Assembly (NCBI GenBank): GCA_034780895.1
Contig: JAUZTB010000082.1
Location: 3,165,699-3,229,450, forward strand
Direction of reading: 5' to 3'
Length of the DNA stretch: 63,752 bases
DNA from: Rhynchobatus australiae
Taxonomy: Eukaryota
Numbering within the stretch: position 1 is the stretch's first letter; each line of letters begins with the position of its first letter. Positions 45,930 through 58,568 of this stretch are shown here, in pieces. Both the position numbers and the translations under genes were made by a program. Under the pieces are notes generated by a model. The model was not told the origin of the DNA. It made no database searches and saw only the letters and a program-made list of their open reading frames with translations.

Positions 45930-46220
45930 AATTGAGGGGAACAGTGGGTAGTGTTCAGTTTCATTGCCCTCCTCCAGTACTGCCCACAGAGAGTTTGCAC
46001 ATTCTCTACGACTGCTTGGGCTTCCCCGGGTGCTTCATTTCCTCCCTCATCCCAAAGACATCCAGGTCGGTAGGTTAGTTGGCCACTGTAAATTAACCCC
46101 CCTGTAGGTAGATGGTAGAAGAGGTTGCTTATGGGTAGGCAAGAGAAATGTGGAGTAACATGACTGATGGAATTACTCTGACAGCCAGCATAGACTTGAA
46201 GGGCTGAATGGCCTTCTACA
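45930..46220 (+). mobile_element. V-SINE, degenerate
   Basis: gagtttgcacattctc...ccgggtgcttcatttcctccc...catcccaaagac...ggccactgtaaatt. Confidence 0.65.
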
Positions 46221-46399
46221 TCATAAAGGTACGAGAAATACAAAGAGACTGTGGGGGTGATCTTATTCCAGGTTAACTCGACCTACTTGAAACTTGGGCG
46301 TTAAAATGTTGATCCAAGTTCCAGACAGTTTTTTTGGTGAATTTCTGCACTCGCCTCTATCATGCACGGGGGAAGGTGACGGAGGATCAAAACTGTCCT

Positions 46400-46512
46400 T
46401 GGAGACAGGAGACTGCAAGTCCTGGAATCTGGAGCAAAAACTGCTGGAGGAACTGAGTGGGTTGAGATGCTTCTGAACCCATGGAGTTCCTCCAGCAGTT
46501 TGTTTTTTGCTC
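46400..46512. repeat. Penelope terminal-repeat fold-back
   Basis: Perfect 17-bp inverted arms aaactgctggaggaact (46438-46454) and agttcctccagcagttt (46485-46501). Confidence 0.75.
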
Positions 46513-48174
46513 AAATTTTCACTGTACTCAATTCATCACAGCAGGAGAAAGTGAATAGGATGGAGAAAGAGGCCAAGCGACAAAAAGTTTTGATGTAGGA
46601 AGGAGAAAAAGAGGCCAGAAAGAAGAGGGAGCTTAGAAAGATGAAGACAGAAAGGATCAGAGAGCGGAGAATGAGAGGGTGGAAGAGCGAGGAGAGGGTT
46701 GGGAGAGCTCCTTCAGTGTTTACTAGCTTGGAAACAAGCAAACAGTAAATAATATTGCACACACTATATTTTTAGTAACAGTGAACACTAGGAACAGAGA
46801 ATCATTGTCTAGCTATGGCATGTTGCTGCAGTTCATGGTTTTTCATAGAAAGACTCACAGACTGGAGTCTGCAAGGAAGGGAGCAACACATTCCAATTAC
46901 CACAGGCAGTGTCTTGAGAACTCTACTGCATATTTTTATTACCAGTTATTGACTGACTTGACTTTATTTGCATGGATGTTTATTTTAAGGATCTCTTCCC
47001 GTGTGTGGGTGCAACTATTGTCAGAAGATAGAACAAGTTCCCAGAACCGTTAGCTGTACATGCAGAGACCCCACCATCCCTCTAGACGGGGGATGTTTGA
47101 AAGTTGACTGTACACTTCGGCTGAAAATGATATTTGAAGTCACATTTGCCCAGAAGTCTCTGAACAACTATCCTCTAACTTGGTTCTTGGAATGTAGGCA
47201 GCTCACAGTTCCTAGGGCCACTGAATTAACAATGTGCATCAACATGGCAAAACATCCGAAGATGACAAAGTTTACCGAGAGAGAAAAAATGACAAAAAAC
47301 TTGGTTAAAGATGCAGGCTTCGAAAAGGGGTAGAGAGAGCACATGAGTAAGTGCATGAGAGAGAAAGGGAGATCATGTGAGAGAGACAGTTCTGGAGTTC
47401 AAGGCCCAGGCAGTTAAGAGACGCACTAAAATGTGAGAAAAGGAATTGGACAGGAGGCCAGACCTGGTGTACACTGGAAATACAGAGGGACAAAGCCATG
47501 CACAGAACGGAGACCAGGATGAGCATTTTAATTTGAATCATTGCTCAAAAGATAAAAAGGACTTTCACTCCTCCAGCACCTTTCACTCTCAGGAAGTCTG
47601 CTACTAGTTTACAGGCAAAGAAGTCATTTGAAGTGGAGGCACTGATGCAACTCTAGACCAAGGTTGGATGGGAACCAGAACACAAGCAGTAGAATGCTGG
47701 ATGAAGGACATGGGCAACAACTACTGGAACAGGACTGGCCCAGCATCAGCCAGTGTGGGACTGGCATCACCAGAAAGCTAGAGGTGGATAATCGTCTTCC
47801 ATCTAAGCCAGCTGGGTTTGAATGACCATCAGCAAATTTCACGATCATTTCCTGATCCAGAGGTAAATCATATTGTAGGTTGAATCATTCGTGATGTGGT
47901 GATGTGCTTTGCCAATAGTTAGGCCACCTTCAGAAACTTTTGCTGCATTGTGTGTTCAGGGAATTAATGGGGCTACTAAAGAGCTCCATGAATATCTATC
48001 CAACTACGAAATTAGTTAGCACTCCGAAGCATTCCCATAACAACAGCCTGGAGTGGCCACCACAGTTCCACTTGCCTGAGCTGGATGAAGGACTAACCTC
48101 ACCTGGTCCACCGTCAGCAAGTCCCAGGTGGACGTGCAGAGTCTGTGACAGAGTCATCAGCACGAATGCAGGTT

Positions 48175-48480
48175 CTTCAGACCACTGCCCGCACTGACCA
48201 TCAAGCACCCATTTACACAAAGCCCATTTTACTTGCCCCACATTCCCATCATCTCCCCACAGATTCTACCACTCACCTACACTGGGGAAACTTACAGTCA
48301 TCAATTAGCCTACCTACTTGTACATCATTGGGATGTGGGAGGAGACTGGAGCACCCAGAGGAAACCCCACACAGACACTGGGAGAACGTGCAAGCTCCAC
48401 ACAAACAGGCAATGTCAGAGGTCAGGATTGAACCCAGGTCACTGAAACTGTGAGGCAGCAGCTCTACAAGCTGCATTACC
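48175..48480 (-). mobile_element. V-SINE
   Basis: gggatgtgggagga..ctggagcacccagaggaaaccc...gaggtcaggattgaacccagg. Confidence 0.75.
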
Positions 48481-50399
48481 GACTTACTCAAGGTCAAACG
48501 GATGAACACCTGTAGGCCCCATCAGAAACGCCAGTGACAGCCAGCAAGGTTCACCACATTAGGACTTGCTTTCAGTCAAACACAAAAGAAATCATGCTCA
48601 GATGATTAACACCCACTCAGCTCACTGATCAGGACAAGATGCTGCCAACCTTACACCAAGACCTGGCAGAGTTGGAAAACTGACTTCAAGAGATCGGCAT
48701 TGGACCCTGATACAACTCTCTCCCACATGGTCTACGTTTCAATGGGTAACATTCTCATTGCTACAGCTGTAAAAGTGGAGTGTTCCGACCAGTAGTTACT
48801 GCTCAAGAATATTACTGGAGCAGATTGTCTGATCATTATCACACAACTGTGGGACCTTCACTGCATAAAATTTGTGCTGTGTTTGCTATGTTATAGCTAC
48901 AAAGTACTTAAGTGGCTGAGAAACACTATGGAATGTGAAAGGTGGAATACAAAGCATGCCTATACTCGATATCACACAGTGAGAGTTCGACAGAGCTGGA
49001 AGAGTTTAGGTCGCTGCAGCAGGTCAGGCAAGCTGCCTTGGTGGCTGGGAGATGTACCATAGCTTGGAGTTGAATTTAGAATAGAATGGACCAGAAGGCC
49101 ATGTGGATACCAAGCCAAGTAGGACAAGGGACACCAAGAGATTTGAAAAAAAAGGAAGAAGATAACTGGCCTTATTCCTAAGATTCAAAATGAAAATGAA
49201 TTCTGGGCCAGGCTGTTGCCTGAGTTTCTAGTCTCCATTACTCTTGGCAACGTACGTCAGCAAGAAAGATCCCAGCTCATAACCGGCCATTTACAGCAAT
49301 GAAGAGGTGCATTAAGCACAGTGGAAGAAAGGTTACCTGTTCAAAGACCAGGAGGAGTCCTGATTGTTGTTGCTCCTGTGAAACATTTCTTAGGTCTTCC
49401 CTTTACAATGTCACTGCACCTACACACTTGGCACAGGGATGACCTCCAGGGCTGTCCAGCCTCACCGGCGACAGCAGAGGCCAGGAGCTAGCTAGAAGTT
49501 TTATCCTACTGGCTGGCACTCTCCAATCTCGCAAGAGATCAAATGCAGTCCCTGGCGTAATGCCAGGAGCAAATACACAATGAGCCACAGAACAGTTAGT
49601 CATCGCCACACCACACTGGGTTTTGCTGCCACCTGTGCAATGCCAATGAACTAATTTAAGATTACTTTCCTTAATGCAAATAGTCCATCAGCCTGCAGAA
49701 AACCCACTTTAATAAATATTGCATTGAATAAATAAAGACTTGATTTTTTTTAACTAAGCCATGAATTTAACGGGCCTGGGAAGAGTTCATTCACCCCATT
49801 CTGTCTATTCCCCCATCCATTCCTCAGTCCATGAAAATTTCTGATATTAATCCGATTCTAGGTTGAAAGCAGTGATTAAAATTGCTCCCAATGCCCTTTC
49901 AAGCAGGACATTCCAGCTCAACATTCTGTAAAAGAAGAAATTCTCCTCAGTTGCCCTCTGGTTCTCTTATCAGATATCCAAGTCCTGTGGGTAATGCCCC
50001 TTCTGCCAATGGAAACTGTTTCATTTTATTTAAACCCCTCCTTAAGCATCCATCTCCCCGTAACCTTCTCCACTCCACAATGTTGCCATCTCTCCACGAG
50101 TATCTACATGCTGCAATATACTGAAGTCAGACACAAAGACAATACATGCTCAGTATACCCGGTAACAGCTGTGCAGAGGTACTGAGGAAACACTTCAAGT
50201 CCTTCAGAACTGGAAAATAAGCTTTAACATGCAGAGAAAGGGGAAAATGTTACTATCTATACATATTGCACTCAATGCAGCATTTTATTTCCATCTTGCT
50301 CTCATCTAACTATTAAAAGTATTAAATGGTTTTGACGCAGGTCAGCTGTGTTAACAAAACCACTTAGGAGTCACTTTGACAGGTTATGCAAGGGCAGAA

Positions 50400-50495
50400 T
50401 GAGAAACAACCTGCTGGAGGAACTCAGTGGGTCAAGCAGCATCTGTGGGAGGAGAGGAATCATCGATGTTTCAGGTCGAGACCCCAAATCAGGGC
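50400..50495. mobile_element. Penelope-like terminal repeat with hammerhead-like remnant
   Basis: ctgctggaggaactcagtgggtcaagcagcatctgtgg...atcgatgtttcaggtcgagacccc. Confidence 0.7.
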
Positions 50496-51499
50496 AAGTG
50501 GCCTTTAGAATCACTGGTGTGTGCAGCAGTTGGCAGAATTCCTGCTTCGCTCCAAGATGCGGATAGCTTTTTACCAGCAGCAGCAATTTTGTAGCATTAA
50601 TATTGGGATAACTGATATCCTGGACTGGTCTCCCTTGCCCTATGGAATGGAGATGTTTTTTTTTTAAATTTTCCCCACCAATTAGCCAAGGATTTTTATT
50701 CCATTCCCAATCAGTTTTAATTCTTAGGAAAGTACATAGTTACAAGTAAATCACGACAATGAGAAGTGGGGAAGAATGAACCAGTGTTACTTTTTTTGTT
50801 ATTTGTGTGCTTTTTAAAGTTTTATTAGCTAGGGATGAATATGCAGATCCCCAAAGTTGTTATTTCTAAAGTTCTCTTCTTCTGCCAAGTGTCGTTGGTG
50901 GGTCTGAAAACCAGACGCCTGCTGTTGGCTGCACTATATCCATCTAAGAGTTGATTGGCATTTCACATATAGGACCTTGCCAGCAATGTGAGACTGCACA
51001 CGCACATGTCATATGATGCACTGAGTAATTTCAGAAGACATTAAGTGCCTGTCTGTTGCAAGGGAAACAGGAGCAAGAGGGAGACAGTTGAAGAATGTTT
51101 TAAGAGTAGCAGTGGACTCCCAGCTCGGCAACAGTGCCAGCCACAATTGGCTTCTGTCCCCCAGACTCTAAAGGAGAGAATTTTAAATTCAGATTTCCAA
51201 TCGATGCCCAGCAGCATCCAAATTAATTAAATCAGCATCAGATTTATTATCAGGATTACCTGTGCCAGATGTACGCAAAAATTGAGTGTTATTTCAGTCT
51301 TAAGTTTGGCAGCAATTATCCTGCCATTCAGAATGTGTGGTGAGCGTGGATGTTACTGCTGTATGAAACAGGAGAGAAAATAGTGTAGGACGAGACAGAC
51401 AGATGACCAGACAAGGACAAGAACTGAAACACAGAAAGGGGCAGAGATGTGCACGATGCAGCATTTTCCGTGACTTCTGGATATTCCAAAATATCTTTA

Positions 51500-51790
51500 C
51501 AGCCAATAGCAAAAAAAGAGAAACGCAGTGGCCACCTCATGCAGCAAGCCCCCAGAAGCAGCAATGCAACTCTGATGAGATGATCTGATTTTTGGTGATA
51601 CTGTTAGAAAACTAATGTCTAAAGGCACAGGCCAAGGATGAATTCTTTTGCTTTTCTATAACACAGTAACCATGGGGTCTGCTAATATTCACCTAGAGAA
51701 CAGGAAAAGCCCCAGTTTAACATGGCATTTGAAAGGCAGCATTTTGGATGGCAGGACACTTCACTGGTACTCTGTTGGAGCATTGTCCTG
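51500..51790 (-). mobile_element. Deu-domain SINE, degenerate (also 53540-53810, 25080-25330 and 19350-19570 on minus)
   Basis: Reverse complement of the 32475/57045 family (gaaacgcagtggcc...cagcaatg...cagtttaacat..catttgaaaggcagca). Confidence 0.5.
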
Positions 51791-52439
51791 GAGTCATGTT
51801 GCTGCTGGGATTTGAGGTGCTGTTTGGGAAGGGGGGGGGGTGGGGGGTGGTGGGAGAAAGGGTTGAACAACAACAACCAAAGAGCAATGGCTTACTGATA
51901 TGGAGGAAAGATGTAGGCAGTATTTGCATCTGCTTTTGGTAGTGAATCAGCCAATGTATTACCAACGGAATTTACCAGCCAGTGTCACTGGTTCCACTTG
52001 ATTTTTCTCATCTACTTGGGCATGTGTTGGTCCTTCACCACATCACTGGCAGCTGCACCTTCAACCACCTCAACCCCAAGTAGCAGAATTCCCTCCCTAA
52101 AACTCTCAACCCTTCTCTCTCGTTTAGGACCCTTCTGCCTGACTGAGCTTTGAATGATCACACCCTTGATGCCTCCCACATGTGAATAGCCAAGTTCACT
52201 CACATCCAGCGTAGTTTATAGCTGGCTGAAATTCCAGTTGCTATAAAAATTCCACTCTCTGCTGCAGTTTGCTTAGTCCAGCAGCTCAATACATTGCTCT
52301 GGCACTCAAAGAGTTAATTCAATGGTCAATTGGAAAATTTCACACATAAGAAAAAAGCCCCAAGGAAAACTTAAAACTGAAAATATTTTTTTTAAAAATG
52401 GGGTACGAGGTTAATTTCTCTCAATTTGTTTTGTTTAAT

Positions 52440-52715
52440 GTTCAATTAGTGAAACTGCCTCTTGTGTATCTTGATGGCAGCCACATTCCAGAGCTTCCCC
52501 TGGGAGACTGGCCGGCTGGGGGCCGGCAGTCTGCTCGGGAATCTCTTCGCTGCCAACTGGGTTCCCAAACCACCGCAAGCCGCAAAACCACAAAACCGTC
52601 CGACTGCAGCTGCCAAACTATTCCACAAATATACAAACGGCAATTAGACGTGTTTTTTCTGCTGAAGTGTCTCTCACTCAGCTCTATCAAACTGCCGCTT
52701 GCTTTCGTTTAGGAC
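52440..52715. promoter_or_regulatory. CpG-rich candidate enhancer in SMOC intron 1
   Basis: About 12 CpGs in about 190 bp; EBF TCCCCTGGGA, TEAD ACATTCCA, RUNX AACCACA and ACCGCA, NFI TGCCAA half-sites. Confidence 0.45.
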
Positions 52716-53899
52716 ATAGCCTTTTATTAAATGCTTTTCTTTCCCCTCTAAGTTAATCCCTGGTGTCCTGTTCTTGCCTTTGCTCTCTCTATTGCTGTGT
52801 GGCTAAGTCTATACTTCTCTGTACTGTCTCTTTTTTCACTCAATCTTCTCTCCCACCTAACCATGGACATACCCCATCATCAATCCTGACCATCTACCTC
52901 TGATGCAGTGCAGAGCTGGGATCAGCTAACTCACTGCAGACTGGTATGAAAACTCCAGACTGCTCTGGTCTTCATTTTCCTCAGAATACATTTACCCATT
53001 CACTCACTGGGGGAAGATGTCATTTTGTTGGTCAAAATGATACATATTACTCAATGTCAGTGGTAATATGCAACAACCTGCTAAAACTGAACAAAAANNN
53101 NNNNNNNATATCACAAGAAAGATTTTTGAAGTTGGACAAGAAAAATGAAACGTGGACAGATTCCTACACTGCCTTTCACGACTGCACTGATTCACCTCGC
53201 GCACCCTGACAGAACCTCCCAGACCCATGTCCTCTACCATCGAGGAGGGCAAGAGCAGCATAGGAATGTCACCAACTGCAAGTTCACCCTCCACTTTACA
53301 CACCACTGATTTAGGAATGCATCTCCAGCCCCAAATCGTCACTCGGTCCAAATCCTGGAGATCCCCCCCCCCCCCCCACCGGCCTGGGGGAGCCGCGTCA
53401 CCAGCAGGCCTGCAGAGTTTCAAGTGGCTCACCCCCACCTTGCAGGGTGTTAGGAGTGGGCACTGAACACTGGCTTTGCCAGTCACGTCCAGGACATCCC
53501 ACAACTCTTTTGAACGGTGTCTGCGGTAGGAAACACCAGCCAATTTGCACATGGTAAGCTCCCACAAACAGCAATATAATCACCCAGAAACAACTCTTTT
53601 GCTTTTCTCCAAGATCTTGGCTATGGGATCTTCTACCACCTGAGTGGTGCAGTCAGCATCTCAGGTTAATGTTTCACCTGAGACGTGGTACCCCAACAGC
53701 AATGCAGTACATTTCTGGAGATTCAGCCAAGTCCTTCGTACTTGGATCTCTGGGTTAACCTGCTCAGAGGACGTCGGTGCGACCAGAATTCCAGTCCATT
53801 GAGACCTGAAGGCAGGCAGCCCAAGAGTTTGTTAAAACAGGAGAGTCTCAACCTTTCGCTTCACCACTTTGGAAGACTTGGCTGCACGAGGCATTCGGG

Positions 53900-54190
53900 G
53901 CAAGCTGTGCAGTGCTGCGTTACTGCAGGTAGTGCTGCTCCAGCAGTCCAGGTTCAGATCCCATGTGGAATTTGCAAATGCACCTCCCTATCACTGCCCA
54001 AGTTCTGCAGTTTCCTCCCACATGTGCTGGTTGGTAGGGTAATTGCCCAGTGTAAGTTATTGCTGATGAATGTGGCTGCTGGAAGAACCAGAGTCATTGA
54101 TGGGCAGGTGGGAATGTTACAGGGAAATGGGTGGAAGAACGGGAAAATAGCTCAGAGCAGCATAGACTTGTTGGGCCGAATGGTCTCCTA
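53900..54190 (+). mobile_element. V-SINE, degenerate
   Basis: caggttcagatcc...gttctgcagtttcctcccaca...ggtaattgcccagtgtaagtt. Confidence 0.55.
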
Positions 54191-54289
54191 TGTTGCAAGA
54201 TTAAATACCAGTACCACATTCCTCCAAGAGCCTGAAGTCAGCAAAGTTGATCATGAAACAGATTTTCATATCCAGCCAACTGACTTATC

Positions 54290-54690
54290 AACGTCCAAAA
54301 TGGATTCTGACTGGTTGCGTCACCACCTGGTGCAGAGGCTCCAATCCACAGGATCACGAGCAGCTGCAGAGGGTTGTAGACTCAGCCAGCTCCATCACGG
54401 GCACAACCCTCCCCACCATCAGGGACATCAAGAGGCGGCGCATCAAGAAGGCAGCATCCATCACTAAGGACCCTCACCACCCGGGACATGCCCTCTTCTC
54501 GTTACTACCATCGGGGAGGAGGTACAGGAGCCTGAAGACCCCCACTCAATGATTGTGGAGCAGCTTCTTCCCCTGCCTCCAGAATGGTCTGTGAACCCAT
54601 GAATACTACAATTTAAAAAGAATAGGTAATTTATAGCAATTATGTCTTTGCACTGTACTGCTGCCACATCATACCAATCTGATTCAGATT
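54290..54690 (+). mobile_element. Rex1/Babar 3' end
   Basis: ILTGCVTTW...LQRVVDSASSITG...KKAASITKDPHHPGHALFSLLPSGRRYRSLKT. Confidence 0.88.
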
Positions 54691-57044
54691 CTGGATGGAA
54701 ACTTTACGATCTTGGGCGATCTGGCCTACAGACTCCAGTCCCACACCTAAGTGGTTGATATGCAACTGAAATGGCCCAGCAAGCCACTTGGTCAAACCTA
54801 TTCCACTCAGGGTCTCGTACAAATATTGACACACTTCCAGAAACCTCCTACAAATAGACAGTCCCAGGGACTCCCTACAAATATTGACCGTTTCCCAGGA
54901 GTCACCCATGGAATCTTGCAGCAACACCACTAGAAGATGAGCAAGAGGAAGCACAGGAACAAAGTGGTGTATAAAGAAATGTTGAGGTTACTGTGGTCAG
55001 AGGCTCACAGATGGCATCTGCGGAGGTATGGAATAATTTAAATATTACTGGTCTCATTCAACAGTGGGAGAAACTGTCACCCCAATGGAGGATTTCTATT
55101 TCAAATCAATGTCTCTCACAATTACAAATCGCAACATCAAACAGTGGCAGATTCTACCCCTGCACAGCCCTCACCGACACAAGTACCAAGAGTAAAGGAG
55201 GGGGCAAAACTAAAGTCAAAGACTGACATATTTTCAGCAGTTTGGAAATAGGTGAAGGGAGAAACAAGGAATGGATAAACCTGAACATGGAATGTTCGAA
55301 TGAAATAGTGTCCAACATAGTAAGCTGGCCAGCACATGTCCATCACCTGAATAAGTGGTGGTCTATACTCCGTTATAGAATCACAGCAGTGTGTGTACCC
55401 CATGCTCTCCCAGAGCAGTGAGCCCCAAGCTGATATATTATGAAGGAATGTGACCACAGATTACATAAATACACCATGGTATAAAAGCCCTTTTTATTTT
55501 CTTAACATTATTGCTACATAAATATTATTTTGTTGAAGCTGAAACGGAGTTGGTAAAGTTAAATAAAGCAGAACACTGGCTGAAAGGTAAAAATAGCTCA
55601 ATGCTAGTTAAAGTTTTCATTATTTTATTGTTTTTTAAATGTGCAGCCAGTTGAACTGAACCACTTTTAGCTGTACAAACATTTTTGAGCTACTACTGAT
55701 AAAAAGTAACTGCTTCTGTTACGTTTTGCAAAAAGCTCTTCTTGAGAAAACTCTTCTGTCATTTGTGTGCACTTTATTTGAAGTAAATAATTNNNNNNNN
55801 NNNNNNNNNNNNNNNNNNNNNNNNNNNNNNNNNNNNNNNNNNNNNNNNNNNNNNNNNNNNNNNNNNNNNNNNNNNNNNNNNNNNNNNNNNNNAGCATGTT
55901 TACACAAATGCTCTTCACAGCTCACAGGGTTTACTGTGCCGTATTAATAGCCCAATAAAATGCAGGGCCCCAACATACAAGGCCGCTGGGTGCAGAAATG
56001 TATCTTTGGTAAACTTTGGATTTGGAAAAGTCCCTCAAATTGCAGCTGACAGCAATCCATTTTCCAGCCGTCTTGATCCCCCTGCTACCGTTCAACTGAG
56101 CTGGCCAGGACATTTGCCAGGCAGAGTTGACATGGAATGCTGGAATACAGAAGGTGACCATTTGGCCCTAACAGGAACCAGCAGTTCATACTCTAGTGGA
56201 CTGCTTTCTTCCCACAACCCTCAGTTTTTAAAAAAATACCGCATTTAAAAAAGGCTGCCCCATCCTTTTACAGTGAGGCACCCCTTGTGCCTTTAAAAGG
56301 GGACGAGGCACTTCAAGGTAGTACTTGAGCAGTGCCAAGTATCACTTAGCCTTCAGATCAGATGTTAAACCAAAGATCAACCTTCAGGCACTGAAGACTG
56401 AGGGAGTAAACAACTTTCCCCAATCACCCATTTTCTCATCAGTACCACTTGCTAGAGACTGTGGAATCTTGCTTTGCATACACCAACTCTCAGGCATTTA
56501 CACAACCAGCTGGGGTAAGTTTCAGCTACTCTGTCAGGCAGGAATGCAATGGAACCAGGCTCTACTTTATTACTCTTCACTACTTTTGAGTGGGAATAAG
56601 CCAAGGCAGGTGTACAACCACCCAGGAATCCCATTGCTAGAAGACTATAGAACAGACCTTGTACAATAAGATGGTCACTTGATCCACGATCTACTTCATT
56701 GTGGCTTTGCACCTTATTGTCTGCCTGCACTTGCTCTAACTGTAACACTATTCAGTTATTGCTTTTCCCTTGTACTACCTCAGTGTACTGAGGTGACAAT
56801 GACATTTGTGGATGGCATGCAAAACAAAGTCTTTTCACTGTACCTCAGTACATGTGGCAATAATAAAGCAATTTACCAGTATTGCATCTGGTCACATCAA
56901 CTTACCGATCAGGCTAGGCTAAAATTACCCCAAGTACCAGCAACACCACCCAGATCAGGGGCTGTCTGATGTAAACGTCAAAACCAGTAAGTGTCTGTCT
57001 GAGCACGTCTGGGCTGACAGATGTTGGCTACAGCCCAGTTGAGA

Positions 57045-57360
57045 GCATTCTCACCTCCAAGAGCAAAGCTCATGGGTTCAGGCCCCCACTCAGAGGCAGG
57101 TCGTCACAGCTGACTTTGCAGTGCAGGACTGCCAAGTTGTCAAAAGACGTTGCCTCTTGCTTGACATTTAAACATAAAGCCTCTTTTTTACCCTTGCAAA
57201 TAAAAAGGGCTGTTTCAAAGTTTGGGGAAAATCCCCTGTGTACACTCTGGTCCAATATTTATTGCTCAACAAATATCAAATTCTCTCATCATTGTCACAT
57301 TACTGCCTGTGGAAACCTTGCTGTGTGTGTGAATAGGCTGCCACATTTCCCTACTTTAAG
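57045..57360 (+). mobile_element. Deu-domain SINE
   Basis: ctcacctc...atgggttcaggcccccactcagag...gctgac...ggtccaatatttattgctcaac...tgtcacattactgcctgtggaaaccttgctgtg...ggctgccacatttcc. Confidence 0.6.
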
Positions 57361-57379
57361 ATGGCCTGGTTGTGCAGTC

Positions 57380-57910
57380 TGTGACCTCATTGGTTGCCCC
57401 TGGGTGCTCTGGTTTCCTCCTAAAGACACGTAGGTCGGTAGGTTAATTGGCTGCTGTAAATTGCCCCTCATGTAGGCAAGTGGGAGTTGATAGGAATGTG
57501 GAGGGGATAAAACTGAATTGGTGCAAATGGGTTCTTAATGGTCAGTGTGGACTCAGTGTTTCTGCACCCACACCACTCCAAAGTTGTAACTCTGCAAAAT
57601 TTGTGGATTTAGAATTAAAGATGACCCTGCAGTTTTAGACTGGGCAGTACGTGGTACAGCAGCTTACACCACCTGCATCACAGCTCCAGGGACCCAGGTT
57701 CAATCCTGACCCCTGGTGCCAGATGTGTGGTGTTTGCACATTCTGCCTGTGGGCATCCTCTGGCGTCATCCCGCATGCCAAAGACACTGGCCACTAAATT
57801 ACCCCTAGTCAGGGTGGTGGGGATGACAGAATCAAACAAGGGATTGGTGCAAGATTAGTGTAGATGGCTGCTTGACGGTTGGCATTGGCATGGGCTGTGC
57901 TCCATGACAG
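57380..57910 (+). mobile_element. Two V-SINE copies
   Basis: ctgggtgctctggtttcctcc...; cacagctccagggacccaggttcaatcctgacc. Confidence 0.65.
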
Positions 57911-58292
57911 AGTTTACTGTTGTCAGGTGGGGTGGTCAGAGACCATATGCAAGAAAGACAGCAGGAAGAACAGCTGAATGAAGAGAAGGATCATTTTCAA
58001 AAGGGAGTCATGAACAGAACACTTCTCACAAATGGAGTCAACAACGCAGCTTGTGGTAGAGAGGTTCCACCATCTCAACACACCCATCCTATGAGCACCT
58101 TTCAGATAAGGATCACATCAAATGCACAATGTCTGCTTACACAAACACAGGCACACACTCTGACTGCAAATGTGCAGCACGTGCCAGTGTATATTCTTGT
58201 ACAATCAGCATGCACTTATGCACAGTTGGAATTTAATGAACTTCACACAAATGCACTCACCAGCCTAGAAGTTCTTTGGCAGTAATTTTAAG

Positions 58293-58568
58293 ATGTCTTT
58301 ATTAGTCACATGTACATCAAAACAGTGAAAGGCATCTCCATAGAGTGTTCTGGGGGCAGCCTGCAAATGCCACACTTCCAGTGCCAACGTAGCACGCCCA
58401 CAACTTCCTAACCCGTACGTCTTTGGAATGTGGGAGGAAACCGGAGCACCCGGAGGAAACCCACGCAGACACGGGGAGAATGTACAAACTCCTTACAGAC
58501 AGTGGCAGGAATTGAACCTGGGTCACTGGCGCTGTAGTAGTGTTATGCTAACCGCTACACTACTGTGC
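58293..58568 (-). mobile_element. Young near-full-length V-SINE with candidate TSD TTTTAAG
   Basis: Intact V core ggaggaaaccggagcacccggaggaaacccacgcagacacggggaga with CpGs retained; TTTTAAG at 58286-58292 and 58569-58575. Confidence 0.9.

Noticed and set aside
46540-46705. Purine-rich tract giving a hydrophobic antisense ORF
   Set aside because: Low-complexity GA-rich sequence; the apparent transmembrane ORF is compositional.
49466-49603. ATG-initiated 46-codon segment ending at a phase-0 donor (CCG|gtgagg), as a possible SMOC exon 1
   Set aside because: MTNCSVAHCVFAPG... has no signal-peptide hydrophobic core, no SMOC similarity and no promoter features.
51826-51856. G-runs with G-quadruplex potential (also about 60588-60603 and 62327-62346)
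   Set aside because: Simple poly-G tracts, common in such genomes and error-prone in assembly; nothing indicates function.
53004-53567. 187-aa minus-strand ORF
   Set aside because: Antisense of a degenerate LINE 3' region and spans an N-gap.
53685-54467. Longest ORF in the track (260 aa)
   Set aside because: Runs across a Deu-SINE, a V-SINE and an off-frame Rex1 fragment; no ATG start and no domain; chance ORF.
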